A DNA stretch of 64,000 nucleotides from an uncultured Chthonomonadaceae bacterium (GTDB lineage Bacteria; Armatimonadota; Chthonomonadetes; Chthonomonadales; Chthonomonadaceae), in the NCBI GenBank assembly GCA_963835065.1, contig CAWIEK010000041.1, positions 32,001 through 96,000 of the forward strand, given 5' to 3'. The position numbers were made by a program, and so were the translations under genes. Below the pieces are notes generated by a model. The model saw only the letters and a list, made by a program, of their open reading frames with translations, made no database searches and was not told the DNA's origin. Below are positions 49,260-60,237 of this stretch, piece by piece (the first letter of the stretch is position 1; every line of letters begins with the position of its first letter).

Positions 49260-50354
49260 ATGCGCTATGTTCTGGGAATCGAAGGGGGGCAGGCAACGAC
49301 AACAGCCGTTATCACAGACGAAACGGGCTGTGTCCTCGGCATCGGTCAGGGAAGTTCGATGCGCCCCGGACTGGAAACAGGGGATGGCGCGCGGGCGCAG
49401 AAAGCCCTGGGTGACGCGGTTCAGGCCGCAATTCGCATGGCCGATCTGGAAAACGCGCGCATTGCCGCCGCCTGCATCCACGCTGCCGCCCCTGCTTTTG
49501 CTTACAATCCTGTTCCAAACAGCTTCGGGCGTCCAAACGCGGCAGATACCGACTCAGCGCCAAACCAACTGCGGCAAAATAACGCGCGGCGCGTCAAGGT
49601 GCTGGAACCCGATTTATTGCAAGCGGCCTGCGAAAACGTTCTGCCCGACTCGCGCCTGCTTTTTGAAACCGGGCCGCGCGTTGCCCTGTATGCCGTGACG
49701 TTTGGGCGTCCGGGTGTGGTGGTCTGCGCGGGCATCGGGGCAGTCGCGTATGGACGGAACGAACGCGGCGAACAGGCGCAAAGCGGCGGATGGGGGCGCG
49801 TGTTGGGCGATGAGGGGAGCGGCTACTGGATTGGCCGGGGGGCGCTTGCGGCCTGCTGCCGCGCTCAGGACGGCATCGAAGCGCCGACGCAGTTGGAACC
49901 CTTGCTGTTAAAGCATCTGGAAATGCCCGATTTGAACTGCGCGCGGGAAGCGATTGCCTGTAATGCCTTAACGCCCGCCGACATTGCCGCGCTGTCGGAA
50001 ATCGTCAGCCGCGCCGCCGCGCAGGGTGACAAGGCCGCGCGCCGCATTTTGCGCGAAGCGGGAAAAGAACTGGCATTGAGCGCGCAGGCCACCTTGCGCC
50101 GCCTGAACATGGAGCAGGAACCTGTTGTCGTGGGAACGATGGGCGGCGTGTTTCGGGCGGGGCGGGCGGTGCTGCGCGCGTTCCGCGAAACAGTCAAACA
50201 GGCCGCGCCCAACGCGACGATTGTGCCTGCCCGCGTCCCGCCCTGTGTGGGAGCCGCCCTGATCGCGCTGGAAGCCATTGACGTTCCCCTGCGCGAAGAA
50301 TTGTTTGCGAACCTGGAAACCCACCTGCCCCGTCTCGCCGCAGTAAAGGCTTGA
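49260..50354 (+). CDS. BadF/BadG-type sugar kinase (N-acetylglucosamine kinase-like)
   Basis: LGIEGGQATT and GGWGRVLGDEGSGYWIG. Confidence 0.88.
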   Translation: MRYVLGIEGGQATTTAVITDETGCVLGIGQGSSMRPGLETGDGARAQKALGDAVQAAIRMADLENARIAAACIHAAAPAFAYNPVPNSFGRPNAADTDSAPNQLRQNNARRVKVLEPDLLQAACENVLPDSRLLFETGPRVALYAVTFGRPGVVVCAGIGAVAYGRNERGEQAQSGGWGRVLGDEGSGYWIGRGALAACCRAQDGIEAPTQLEPLLLKHLEMPDLNCAREAIACNALTPADIAALSEIVSRAAAQGDKAARRILREAGKELALSAQATLRRLNMEQEPVVVGTMGGVFRAGRAVLRAFRETVKQAAPNATIVPARVPPCVGAALIALEAIDVPLREELFANLETHLPRLAAVKA

Positions 50355-50435
50355 ACGCTGATAGATCTTAGAGCGCAAGGGTATTTTAGGTTCGTAAATC
50401 TATCCTTCCCGAATCGGTGGAAGCGTTGGACAAGC

Positions 50436-50628
50436 GGCAGGTAGAAAAAAGGTATGTAGAGTCATCGTCGAAATCTTGGCAATACAGCGCTTCCAGCCCG
50501 ATGTCTCATTGTGTCTGGTTGTAGGAGAGAGGCGTCGTGACCTCGCAAGCGTCAGGGCGAACGGGAGGGGTGAAACATGGCTCTGCACCTCCCTTCCTAT
50601 GGATAACGCCTTGTAGTAGACGTATGTA
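50436..50628 (-). ncRNA. Candidate structured small RNA / micropeptide transcript (copy B)
   Basis: Inverted homolog of 10082-10280. It points at the 3' end of a convergent gene, so it leads no downstream CDS. Confidence 0.55.
50552..50578 (-). CDS. Candidate 8-aa micropeptide MFHPSRSP (copy B)
   Basis: SD AGGAAGGGAGGT 8 nt before ATG. Identical to copy A. Confidence 0.35.
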   Translation of the reverse strand: MFHPSRSP

Positions 50629-50632
50629 CTGT

Positions 50633-50661
50633 ATAGACGGCTGTGTGGTACCAAAGGTTCA
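50633..50661 (-). promoter_or_regulatory. ECF-sigma-type promoter (copy B)
   Basis: TGAACC-N16-CGTCTAT on the minus strand. Confidence 0.6.
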
Positions 50662-50979
50662 CTCTTTTCGCGTTGTTTGGCTCTTTTTTCTGTTTCTTTG
50701 TTTACGGGCTGATTGCTGTTGGCGTCGTGCAAGGCAGGCGAGAATCTAATCGGTTTTTCGGTGCGCTACAGCCCAAACTTTTTCGCGCCAACAATGAATT
50801 TCTTTGCTGTAGGGGCGCTTGCTTGCTGCGCCCGATTCGCCTGCGCGGGTACGAGTTGTCCGACAATGCTTGACGCGAAAACAGGTTGTCAGGCGTATAA
50901 TAGATTGTGCGCGAAATCACAAATTTTTAGATTTTCAGCTTTCAAGTTTCAAAAAGTAAGGGGCATGCCGGTTTAGCCT

Positions 50980-52626
50980 ATGGAAACGCACTGGGCCATT
51001 GATATGGGGACGACCAACACGCTGATCGCCAAGTGGGTTGGAACACACGCTGTTACCGTCGCATTAGAGGAACTTGCAGAATACGAACCGGCCTGGCGAA
51101 CGCCGCTGATTCCTTCCGCTATCTACTTTCAGGACGAAAAACGCGCGATTATCGGCAGGCCCGCGCTTGCCGCCCGCGAATTTATGCACGGCGCGGACAT
51201 GCAGATGATGGGGCCGCTCGCCCGCTCCTTCAAGAAAACATTGGCTCGCGCCAGTCAGCAATCTGTCGCGCAGGTCGGGTCGCAGTCCATATCGGCGCGG
51301 CAATGCGCAACGGTTTTCCTGAAAGAGCTGCTGGAAGCCAGTGGAGAGTATGAGCGGCAGCGCGCCGACCCGCACCAGACCAATGTGCAGAAAATCCTCC
51401 GCGCCCTGCGCTGGTGGCGCAAGGAGGGGCAGGTCACGGATTTGACCATGACCGTTCCTGTAGAAAGTTACGAGCCGTACCGGGCGGAACTGTCGCAAAT
51501 CGCGGGCAAACTGGGAATTTCGCGCAGCCGCTTCCGTACTCTGGATGAACCCGTTGCCGCCGCATTGGGCTACGGCGTGGATTTGACGGACGAAAAGCAC
51601 ATCATGGTGGTGGACTTCGGCGGCGGCACGCTCGATCTCGCCATTGTCCGCACCCATCCGCCCACGTCGAGCGGCGGCAAGGACGCGGTAGGCCAGCACC
51701 GCGCCACGCTGCTGGCGGCGCGCGGAGCCAACTACGGCGGCGAAACCATTGACGGCTGGATCGCCGATCTGGGCTGTTCGCGGCTGATGGCGCATCAGGA
51801 TACCCTGCGCCCCATGCTGCTCAGTCAGGCCGAAGCAATCAAAAAAGACCTGAGCAACAAAGCGGCGGTATCGGACAGCAGTTATTTTTTGCTGCAGGGC
51901 GGCGGGCGCATCGAAGTCAACCGGCAGGACTTCCTCGACATGCTGGAAGAGCGCGGCCTGTACAAAACGCTGGAGATTTTGTCCGACGCCACGCTCGACG
52001 ACTGCAAGCACGAGATCAGCGAAGCGCAATTGGACGCCATTCTGCTTGTCGGCGGTTCTACGCTGCTGCCGGGCGTCCGCGAACTGTTTGAGCGCCTGTT
52101 CGGTCCGCAGCGCGTCCACTACTGGGAACCGTTTGAAGCCGTTGTCAAGGGCGCGGCGGTGTTCGGCGCGGGCTTCAGCGTGGACCAGATCGTACACCAC
52201 GATTACGCCATTCGCGTTTATAATGACAGCCAGCAGCGTCCCGAATACGAGCGATTGGTCAAGCGCGGCACCGGCTACCCGACGCCCAACCCGTTTGAAA
52301 CGCGCTATTACGCCGTGACGGAAGGCCAGCAGTTGTTCCGGCTTCCCATTTGCGAGGTCGGGTACGGCGGGCGGGTCAGCCTGCCCTGGAGCAAGCGCAT
52401 CAACGGCAACGAATACTGGCTGCCGACGGGACAGGAGGAGGGCGAGTGCGTGATTACGCTCAACGAAGGCGACGCCCTGCGCCTGGCTCCCCCCGGTTCG
52501 GGAACGCAGGCGCGGCTGCGGATTGACTTCACCATTGACGCCAACCGCTACCTGTGCGCCACTATCCACGACTTGCAGCGGCAGCGCGACCTGCGCACCG
52601 AAGAGCGCGTCGTAAAACTGCGCTGA
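50980..52626 (+). CDS. Hsp70-family protein (atypical; no canonical DnaK substrate-binding domain)
   Basis: AIDMGTTNT, DEPVAAALGYG, VVDFGGGTLD and LVGGST. Confidence 0.88.
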   Translation: METHWAIDMGTTNTLIAKWVGTHAVTVALEELAEYEPAWRTPLIPSAIYFQDEKRAIIGRPALAAREFMHGADMQMMGPLARSFKKTLARASQQSVAQVGSQSISARQCATVFLKELLEASGEYERQRADPHQTNVQKILRALRWWRKEGQVTDLTMTVPVESYEPYRAELSQIAGKLGISRSRFRTLDEPVAAALGYGVDLTDEKHIMVVDFGGGTLDLAIVRTHPPTSSGGKDAVGQHRATLLAARGANYGGETIDGWIADLGCSRLMAHQDTLRPMLLSQAEAIKKDLSNKAAVSDSSYFLLQGGGRIEVNRQDFLDMLEERGLYKTLEILSDATLDDCKHEISEAQLDAILLVGGSTLLPGVRELFERLFGPQRVHYWEPFEAVVKGAAVFGAGFSVDQIVHHDYAIRVYNDSQQRPEYERLVKRGTGYPTPNPFETRYYAVTEGQQLFRLPICEVGYGGRVSLPWSKRINGNEYWLPTGQEEGECVITLNEGDALRLAPPGSGTQARLRIDFTIDANRYLCATIHDLQRQRDLRTEERVVKLR

Positions 52627-52644
52627 CTTTATCTTTATCTGTTC

Positions 52645-52787
52645 GTAACTCTTCACCACCAAGGCGCAAAGAACACCAAGAAGAGCAAGAAGAAATTGCA
52701 GGAGAGATCGAGACTGACTTCGACTGTATGCCTTTTAATTGCCTGTTTTATCTTGGTGTTCTTAGTGTCTTGGTGGTGAAGAGTTAC
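52645..52787. repeat. Long intergenic inverted repeat (CACCAAG-type units)
   Basis: 37-bp arms at 52645-52681 and 52751-52787 with 3 mismatches. Confidence 0.8.
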
Positions 52788-52836
52788 CTTTGTTCATTGA
52801 TCGTCAGGTGTTCATCGTTAGGAAAGAGGTTTTATT

Positions 52837-54512
52837 ATGGCAAACGAACGTGAAGAAGGATTGGCGGCGCTGCAAAACGGCGATTTTGCGACTGCGCAGG
52901 CCAGATTGGAAGCCGCCATTGCGCAGAATCCCGGCGACGCGCAGGCGCATTTGTACCTGGGCGGCGTGTACCACCAGATGAAGCGCAATGAGGATGCCGT
53001 TCGCGTCCTGTCGCGGGCAACCGAACTGCAGCCCATGAGCGCGCAGGCGCAGTACAATTTAGGCATTGCGCTGGAAGCGCTCGGCTCACATCAGCAGGCG
53101 TTCGAGGTTTACCGCAAAGCCGTCGCCTTGCAGGACAACTACCCGCTGGCGCAGCAGGGCATCGAGCGCATGCAAAAGGCCATGCAAAGCGCGCCGCAAA
53201 CAGGAATGTACGGCGCGGCCCCGGCTCCTACAGGCGTTTATGGCGCGTCACCCACTCCGACAGCCTACGGCGCTCCCCCTGCCCCGACAGGAATGTACGG
53301 GACGTCCCCGGCCCAACCCGGCTACGAAGTGACCACTGCCGCGCCCGCATACTTGCCGCCGCCCGCGCCCGGTTATGGAGCCGCGCCGATTCGCAGCCTT
53401 ATGCGCAGGATCAAACGCAGCCCGTTCAGCCGGGGTACGCGCCGCCCGCCCAACCGGGATATGCCCAACCCGCGCAGCCCGGTTATGCGCCGCCTGCCCA
53501 ACCCGGCTATGTTCCCCCCAATGTGCAGCCCGGTTACGCGCAGCCGACGGCTTACGGCCAGCCGCAGCAGTACGATCTTGCGGGCAATCCCGTCGCCACG
53601 CCGCAGCCCGCTTACGGACAAGCTCCGGGCGGCGCGTATGCGCCTCCCCCCGGCCCCAACGGGTATCAGGGGCAGCAGTGGTCGCCCTATCCCATGCAGG
53701 GACAGATGGTGAAGGAAGACAACTTCGATCTCCTACAGGCGTTCAAGGATTGGGGGCAGATTCTGGTTTCGCCCTTGCATTTCTTTGATGGCGAAAGAGG
53801 CGCGGCGGGCTTTTCGGCTCCGATGGCGCAAACCCTGGCGTATATTCTGGTCAGCGGTCTCGTGGGAATGATTATGAATGTGGTCACGGGACATACCGGG
53901 ATGATCATGTGGGCTATCGTCGGCATCCCGCTCAGTTTCCTGGTCTTTCTGCTCACCTGGATGATCTGGGGCGGCGTCAATCACGGTATCAGCCGCATGT
54001 TCGGCGGCAGCGGCGAGTTTTCCGGCAGTTTCCGCGCCGGCGTTTATGCCGCCGCGCCGTTTATGACCATGCTTATTGCAATTTCCCTTCTCAGCCCGAT
54101 GCTCACTCCCAAGTCGGCGGGAGTGGTAATGGCCGATCCGCAGGTTCACGTGGTTCGCGCGCAGTATGGCAACCAACCTTACGCCGGTTCCCGTTTTGGA
54201 CAGCCAACCGGCAGAACGTCGTCATTCGGCACGTCTTCTTACGGAACATCATCCCCCTACGCCAACGCTTATACACAGGGCAACCCCCTGATTGGCTTGC
54301 TGGCGCTTATCAGCATGGTGTGGTCTATGGTGCTGATGGTTTTCGGCATACGCGCGACACAGAACGTGGAAACGGGCGCAGCGGTGGGCACGGTAATTCT
54401 CAGCGTGATTGTCACGGGCATCATCCTCTTCGGGATTTGTCTCGTGCTGGGCGTACTGTTTGCCGGTGTAATCACTTCGGCAATGCCGCACTCCGGGGGT
54501 ATAAATATGTGA
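52837..54512 (+). CDS. TPR + Pro/Tyr/Gly-rich linker + Yip1-like membrane domain, frameshift near 53385
   Basis: AHLYLGGVYHQMKR TPRs, QPGYA repeats and a multi-TM C-terminus after ILVSPLHFF. Confidence 0.8.
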
Positions 54513-54599
54513 CGGCTCCCCACCTCTAAAGGCGAGAACTGCTCCGGACGGGCCGTTACATTTTTACAACCCCTAAGTTGAGGGGTGAGAGCAAACAAC

Positions 54600-54673
<74 letters not shown>

Positions 54674-54686
54674 TGAGGAGAAACTT

Positions 54687-55958
54687 ATGGCGAATGAACG
54701 CGCGGACGGCGTGACCGCTTTACAGCGGGGCGACCTTCCGACCGCCGCCATTTTGCTGGAACAGGTGGTTCGGCAAAACAAGGAAGATTTCGAGGCGCAT
54801 TTGTATCTGGGCGGCGTGTACCACCAGATGAAGCGGCACGGCGACGCGGCGCGCGTCCTGACTCGCGCCGTAGAAATACAGCCGGGCAGCGCGCAGGCGC
54901 GGTTCAACCTGGGCGTGGCGCAGGAGCAGGGCGGCGATTTGGAAGGGGCGCAAGCCTCGTTCGAGCGCGCTATTGTGCTGCAAGCCGAGTATCCGGCAGC
55001 GCATGAGGGACTGGAACGGGTTCAGGCGCGCTTGAACGGGCTGACGGCAATGGCTGCGCGCGAAACCGCCGCCTCCGAACCGCAAGTCCCGCCCACCGCA
55101 GACAGGCCCGCGTTTGCCAGACCGGTCAATTCTTCCTTCGGCAACGCTTCGCCTGCGTTCGCGCCATCCGATTCCGCGCCGTCCGAGTTGCCTGCATCGC
55201 CTGCGTCATCCACGCCATCTTCTTCCGCGCCGCCTGCCGGTTATATGCCCGCGTCTTCGGCAACCCCTTTCTCTCCACCCGGCTATGGCGCTCAGGACGC
55301 CAATATCCCGCCGCCTGCCCCCGGCTATGGCGCGTCTGAATATGGCGGGGTGAACTACAATACGCCGTCCGTTCCGTCTGCGCCCGGCTATTCCGCCGCG
55401 CCTGCGCCTGGTCTCCCTCCCGTTCCGCCGCAAGCCGCCAACCCTTACGCGCCGGGTTATGGTTCCAATCCTTATGCTCCGCCGCCTCCCGGTTACGCGC
55501 CGCCCTATCCGCAGTCGCCGGGATATGGACAAGCGCCGGTTCCGGGACAGCCTGCGCCTTACGCGCAGCCGCCTGGCTATAATCCGCCCCCGCCGTATGC
55601 GCCCCCCGCTCCGTATGGTCAGCCACCGTATGGGGCGGGGTATGCGCCGCCGGGGGGATACGGCTACGGGGGCGCGCAGCAGTATGTTGTGGCGCAGCAG
55701 CCGGTTCCGCAGGAAGCGACCATAGCCCTGATCTTAGGCATTATCGGCCTGCCTCTCGCTTTCACCGGCCTGGGGATTGTGTTTTCTCCGATTTCGCTGT
55801 ATCTTGCCCTGAAAGCGCGGCGCATGATGCAGGCCAACCCCGGCCTGGGCGGGCAGGGAACCGTGACCGCCGCTCTGTGGCTGTCCAGTATCGGCCTGAT
55901 TTTGAGCCTGTTTTTCTGCCTTATAATCCTGATTGCCATATTTGCCGGCGTTAGTTAA
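54687..55958 (+). CDS. TPR + Pro-rich linker + DUF4190-like membrane domain
   Basis: N-terminus paralogous to the 52837 gene. ATIALILGIIG...ALKARR...GGQGTVTAALWLS. Confidence 0.85.
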   Translation: MANERADGVTALQRGDLPTAAILLEQVVRQNKEDFEAHLYLGGVYHQMKRHGDAARVLTRAVEIQPGSAQARFNLGVAQEQGGDLEGAQASFERAIVLQAEYPAAHEGLERVQARLNGLTAMAARETAASEPQVPPTADRPAFARPVNSSFGNASPAFAPSDSAPSELPASPASSTPSSSAPPAGYMPASSATPFSPPGYGAQDANIPPPAPGYGASEYGGVNYNTPSVPSAPGYSAAPAPGLPPVPPQAANPYAPGYGSNPYAPPPPGYAPPYPQSPGYGQAPVPGQPAPYAQPPGYNPPPPYAPPAPYGQPPYGAGYAPPGGYGYGGAQQYVVAQQPVPQEATIALILGIIGLPLAFTGLGIVFSPISLYLALKARRMMQANPGLGGQGTVTAALWLSSIGLILSLFFCLIILIAIFAGVS

Positions 55959-56062
55959 GGCATCAGGCATATAGGCATTAGATATTAGGCAATAGGCATT
56001 AGGAGTACAGCGAGGACCAAAGCAGGTATGAACCTGATGCCTGATGCCTGATGCCTAATGCC
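55959..56062. repeat. Inverted heptamer arrays (AGGCATT/AGGCATC versus GATGCCT)
   Basis: GGCATCAGGCAT..AGGCATTAG.. versus CCTGATGCCTGATGCCTGATGCCTAATGCC. Confidence 0.7.
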
Positions 56063-56087
56063 TCCCACGCACTGAAAGGAAAATTTC

Positions 56088-56870
56088 ATGTTTCGTTTAT
56101 GTTCTTCGCCTTTGATGCTGACCGCGCTGACGCTGTTCAGCGCGGCGGTAGTATTGCCTTCGGCGGATGCCAAACCGCGCGCTCCCAAAGCGGCGTTTCG
56201 GGGCGAAGCGGCAGCCCTGTCTACCGGGTTTCTGACCAAGACCATCAAGCAGGGTGGGGAGGAGTACAAGTACGTGGTGTACGTGCCCGCCGATTATGAC
56301 GGCAGCAAACCCTACCCGACTATCGTTTTTCTCAATGGCGCGGGCGAGTGCGGACGCGACGGTCTGAAGCATGTGGCGACGGGGCTTGGCCCGGCCATTA
56401 TGAAGGACGCGAGCAAGTGGCCGTTCCTCGTGCTGTTCCCGCAGAAGCCGACCGTCAGATCAAATTGGGAAGACCATGATGCGCTTGTCATGGCAATGCT
56501 GGACAAAACCAAAGCCGAGTACAAAGTAGATACAAGCCGCCTGTACCTCACGGGATTGTCGCAGGGCGGGCATGGAACCTGGACGATTGGCGCGAAGCAC
56601 CCGGATATGTTCGCCGCGCTTGCGCCCGTCTGCGGCTGGAGCGATACATCCACCGCTTCCACTCTCAAACCCCTTCCCATCTGGTGCTTCCACGGCGAGG
56701 CCGACCCGACCGTGAAAGTGGAAAAATCGCATGAAATGGTGGATGCCGTGAAAGCCGCCGGCGGCGACGTGAAACTGACAACCTACCCCGGCGTCGGCCA
56801 CAACTCCTGGGACAACGCCTACGGCAAGGAAGATTTGGGCGCGTGGTTTTTGCAGCATACGAAGAAGTGA
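56088..56870 (+). CDS. Secreted esterase/peptidase (alpha/beta hydrolase, COG4099-like)
   Basis: RLYLTGLSQGGHGTW, WCFHGEAD and GHNSW. Confidence 0.88.
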   Translation: MFRLCSSPLMLTALTLFSAAVVLPSADAKPRAPKAAFRGEAAALSTGFLTKTIKQGGEEYKYVVYVPADYDGSKPYPTIVFLNGAGECGRDGLKHVATGLGPAIMKDASKWPFLVLFPQKPTVRSNWEDHDALVMAMLDKTKAEYKVDTSRLYLTGLSQGGHGTWTIGAKHPDMFAALAPVCGWSDTSTASTLKPLPIWCFHGEADPTVKVEKSHEMVDAVKAAGGDVKLTTYPGVGHNSWDNAYGKEDLGAWFLQHTKK

Positions 56871-57032
56871 GCGTGGAGAGTGAAGAGCGGAGAGTTGTTG
56901 ATGCTTGCAGGCCGGGCGTATGGAAGGTACGTCCGGCTTTGTTTGTCTGTGAACAGGCAGCGAATTCGAGGACAGTTACGTATCATTGGATAATAATGTA
57001 ATGGGGTATGGGTGAGAGGGAAGGCGGCAGGC

Positions 57033-57995
57033 ATGAAAATTGTGGTCACGGGCGCGACGGGGTTTGTCGGCCCCCCCTTGTGCGCCGAACTGGTTGGGGG
57101 TGGGCATCAGGTCACAGTGGTATCGCGGGACAAGATGAAGGCGCAGGCGACATTGGGAACGCAGGTACGCAGCCTGGGATGGGAGGAGGCAAAGGGAACG
57201 GCAACTCCTGCGGGTTCTGCAAGTGATTGGAAGCAGGCGGTTGCCGACGCGGACGCGGTTATCAATCTGGCGGGCGCGTCCGTCGGGGATCAGCGCTGGA
57301 CGCCCGCGTACAAGGAGCAGATTCGCGCTTCCCGCGTGGATACGACGCGCAAATTGGTAGAGGCCATGCGGCAGTCCGAACGCCGTCCGTCCGTGTTTCT
57401 CAGCGCTTCGGGCATCGGCTATTATGGCGACCGCAAGGACGAAACGCTGACGGAAGCATCCGCGCCGGGGGCGGGGTTTCTGGCGGACGTGTGCAAAGCG
57501 TGGGAAAGCGAAGCCGAAAAAGCGGAAGCATTGGGCGTTCGGGTTGTTCGCCTGCGCCTCGGTGTTGTCTTGGGGCATGGCGGCGCATTGGAAAAGATGC
57601 TGCATCCCTTACCCCTGCCTATTAATCCCTACAAGTTGGGCGCGGGCGGGCCGATGGGAAGCGGCAAGCAGTGGCTGTCGTGGATACATCTGGACGATGT
57701 GTTGGGGCTGATAACGTGGGCGTTGACGAACGCGCAGGCGCAGGGAGCCGTCAACCTGACCGCGCCCAATCCCTGCGCCAACGGCGAATTCGCCCGCGCG
57801 CTCGCCGCCGTTTATCACCGTCCCGCCGTCCTGCCCGTACCCGCTTTCGCCCTGCGCGCCATGCTCGGCGAGTTTGCCGAAACCCTGCTCACAGGCATGA
57901 AAGTCCTCCCCACAGTGGCGGAACAGCAGGGTTACCGGTTTCGCTTTCCTACTTTGGAACCTGCACTGAAGTCGTTGCTGGTGGCTAATATGTAG
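57033..57995 (+). CDS. TIGR01777-family NAD-dependent epimerase/oxidoreductase
   Basis: TGATGFVG, INLAG, SRVDTT and GSGKQWLSWIHLDD. Confidence 0.92.
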   Translation: MKIVVTGATGFVGPPLCAELVGGGHQVTVVSRDKMKAQATLGTQVRSLGWEEAKGTATPAGSASDWKQAVADADAVINLAGASVGDQRWTPAYKEQIRASRVDTTRKLVEAMRQSERRPSVFLSASGIGYYGDRKDETLTEASAPGAGFLADVCKAWESEAEKAEALGVRVVRLRLGVVLGHGGALEKMLHPLPLPINPYKLGAGGPMGSGKQWLSWIHLDDVLGLITWALTNAQAQGAVNLTAPNPCANGEFARALAAVYHRPAVLPVPAFALRAMLGEFAETLLTGMKVLPTVAEQQGYRFRFPTLEPALKSLLVANM

Positions 57996-58020
57996 CCAAG
58001 GTAATACAGCAAGGTATGTT

Positions 58021-58100
58021 GTAGGGGTTCTGCTTGCTGAACCCTGCACAAACGCAAACGCAGGCGCAGCAAACGCGGGCGCAGCAAGCAGCGCCCCTAC
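58021..58100. repeat. GTAG-type REP doublet overlapping the recJ stop
   Basis: GTAGGGGTTCTGCTTGCTGAACCC ... GGGCGCAGCAAGCAGCGCCCCTAC. Confidence 0.65.
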
Positions 58101-59941
58101 CTAAATGTAATGATGGCTACTTCATGCTCATGGGAGAAACGAATCTCCTGCGCGTGAATTTGGGCGCTGAGAAGGCCATCGCGGGTATCGCAGGCAAGGC
58201 GGGCGGCAATGTCCAGGCGCGAGGCTGTGGGATATTTGCCTGCATCCGCGCCCCGGCCCCATGCCATTGCCGTAAGCGTGTTGGAATCATCGTCGCGCAG
58301 GGTCAGTTTGAGATGTTCGCCCTTTTTGACGGATTGCGCCCGAACCACGCGCAGATTGCGCAGCAGTAACAGGGGTTCGGTACGATCTTCGCGCAGGGGA
58401 GCCATGTGCGCCAGTACGCGCAGGGTTTCCAATGAAACGTCACCGGCTGCAAACTCCCCGTCGAAATCCAGAACAGGCGGCGCAATCGCTGCGCCTTCCT
58501 GCCGCGCCTGAATTGCCTGTTCCCGCCGATACGCCGTAACCCACGCATCCAGCCGTTCCGCCAGCAGGGGCAGGTTTTCCGCAGGCAGGGCAAATCCGGC
58601 GGCAAACGCATGGCCGCCGCAGCGCGTCAGCAAGGCTTTACATTCGGGCGATTTCAGCGCGTGGAGAATGGGCGTATCGCGGGGTGAGCGGCACGATCCC
58701 ATGAGGGTTCCGTCTGCGCCAATCCGGGCGGCAAGCGCGGGGCGGTTGAATTGTCCCGCCAGTTCGGACGCGAGCGGGCCGAGCAAGCCGGGCTGCCATT
58801 CCGCGCAGGCCACAACAACAATCCCGTCATGCAAGATTCCCATTCCCGGCTGCGCGGCATCGCCGGACAGCAGGGCAAGCGCTTCAGTTTGAACCTGCGC
58901 CTGCATGATTTTGCGCTGCCGATTGAAGCCTTCCAGACGCATGGCTCCCTGCCGCGCATCCGTTTCTTCCTGCGCTAGCAGCACATCAAGGGCGTAATGC
59001 GGATCATCCACGCGCCCCGGAGCGTTCAAGCGCGGCCCGATTTGGTAGGCGATACTCGCGCTCGACAGCAGGGATGTGTCCACTACGCCGGACGTTTGCA
59101 GCAGGGCGCGGAGGCCGAGTTTTGCGGTCTTGCGCAACTGCTCCAATCCCAACTGCACCAGAACGCGGTTTTCGTCCACAAGCGGGGCCATATCCACAAC
59201 CGTGCCCAACGCGACAAATTCCAGCAGGCGATTGCGCGCGTTGGTCAGGGACAGCCCGCGCCGTTCGCACAACGCCAGCATGGTTTTGAACGCCACGCCC
59301 ACGCCGGACAGGGCGCGAAACGGGTACACGGAATCGGCGCGGTTTGGATTGACAATCGCCACGCAGGGAGGAAGCAGCGCGTCCGGTTCCGGCTCGTGAT
59401 GGTCGGTGACAATAAGGTCTATGCCCATTTCGCGGGCAGCGTTTGCGGCCTCGTGCGCGTCCGTGCCGCAGTCTACGGACAGCAATAGGGTCGCGCCATT
59501 CTGCTTTGCCCGTTCTAAAGCCTCGACATGCAGGCCATAGCCGTCGTTCAGGCGGTGCGGTATGTGGCACGTGACGTTTGCGCCCAATCTTCGCAGCGCG
59601 TACACCACAAGCGCGGTTGCCGTAATGCCGTCCGCGTCGTAATCGCCGTGTACGTGAATGGTTTCCCCATTTTCAAGAGCGCGGTGCAAGCGTTCCGCAG
59701 CCGCTTTCATATCGGGAAGCAGCCAGTGGCTATGCAGCGCGTCGGCATCCGGGCAATTGAACGCCTGCACCTTGTCCGCCGTGTCCAGTCCAAGCCGCAG
59801 GTACAGTCCCGCAACGCTCGCTGATACGTTCAGCGCGTTCGCCAGAGTATCTGCTTGTGCGGCATCAACAGGCGTAATCCGCCATTGAACTTCGGTTTGT
59901 CTGTTATCCGTTGGCAGCAAAGAAAGGTTGTTTGTGTCCAT
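58097..59941 (-). CDS. recJ: Single-stranded-DNA exonuclease RecJ
   Basis: HGDYDADG, DGYGL, VDCG, TDHH, LSGVGVAFK, GPRLNA and GGHAFAAG. Confidence 0.93.
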   Translation of the reverse strand: MDTNNLSLLPTDNRQTEVQWRITPVDAAQADTLANALNVSASVAGLYLRLGLDTADKVQAFNCPDADALHSHWLLPDMKAAAERLHRALENGETIHVHGDYDADGITATALVVYALRRLGANVTCHIPHRLNDGYGLHVEALERAKQNGATLLLSVDCGTDAHEAANAAREMGIDLIVTDHHEPEPDALLPPCVAIVNPNRADSVYPFRALSGVGVAFKTMLALCERRGLSLTNARNRLLEFVALGTVVDMAPLVDENRVLVQLGLEQLRKTAKLGLRALLQTSGVVDTSLLSSASIAYQIGPRLNAPGRVDDPHYALDVLLAQEETDARQGAMRLEGFNRQRKIMQAQVQTEALALLSGDAAQPGMGILHDGIVVVACAEWQPGLLGPLASELAGQFNRPALAARIGADGTLMGSCRSPRDTPILHALKSPECKALLTRCGGHAFAAGFALPAENLPLLAERLDAWVTAYRREQAIQARQEGAAIAPPVLDFDGEFAAGDVSLETLRVLAHMAPLREDRTEPLLLLRNLRVVRAQSVKKGEHLKLTLRDDDSNTLTAMAWGRGADAGKYPTASRLDIAARLACDTRDGLLSAQIHAQEIRFSHEHEVAIITFR

Positions 59942-60237
59942 GCGTCGGCTCCGCAAAAAAGAAGGAGTAGTTGTCTTTATGTCTACTACATTCTTACGCG
60001 GGAAAGCGGAACCGTTGTGCCGACATTTATCCACTTTATGCAAAACGAAAAAAGCTCCTCTCCCGGCGGGAACGAGCGGCCAGGAAAGGGTGTCTATAAA
60101 TGGACGCCCAGGGTGAGGTACTTCCACAACCAAACTGAAAACGGGGTAGAATGAATGTATCGCGCAGCGCAGCCGATAATCGCTTATTGATACTTCTACT
60201 TTGCGGCCCCTTGCGGCTGCCGGAATGGATATGCAAC

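Noticed and set aside
50870..50901. Sigma70 promoter TTGACG...TATAAT before the Hsp70-like gene
   Set aside because: The spacer is 20 bp. The -10 may be real but the pair is not supportable.
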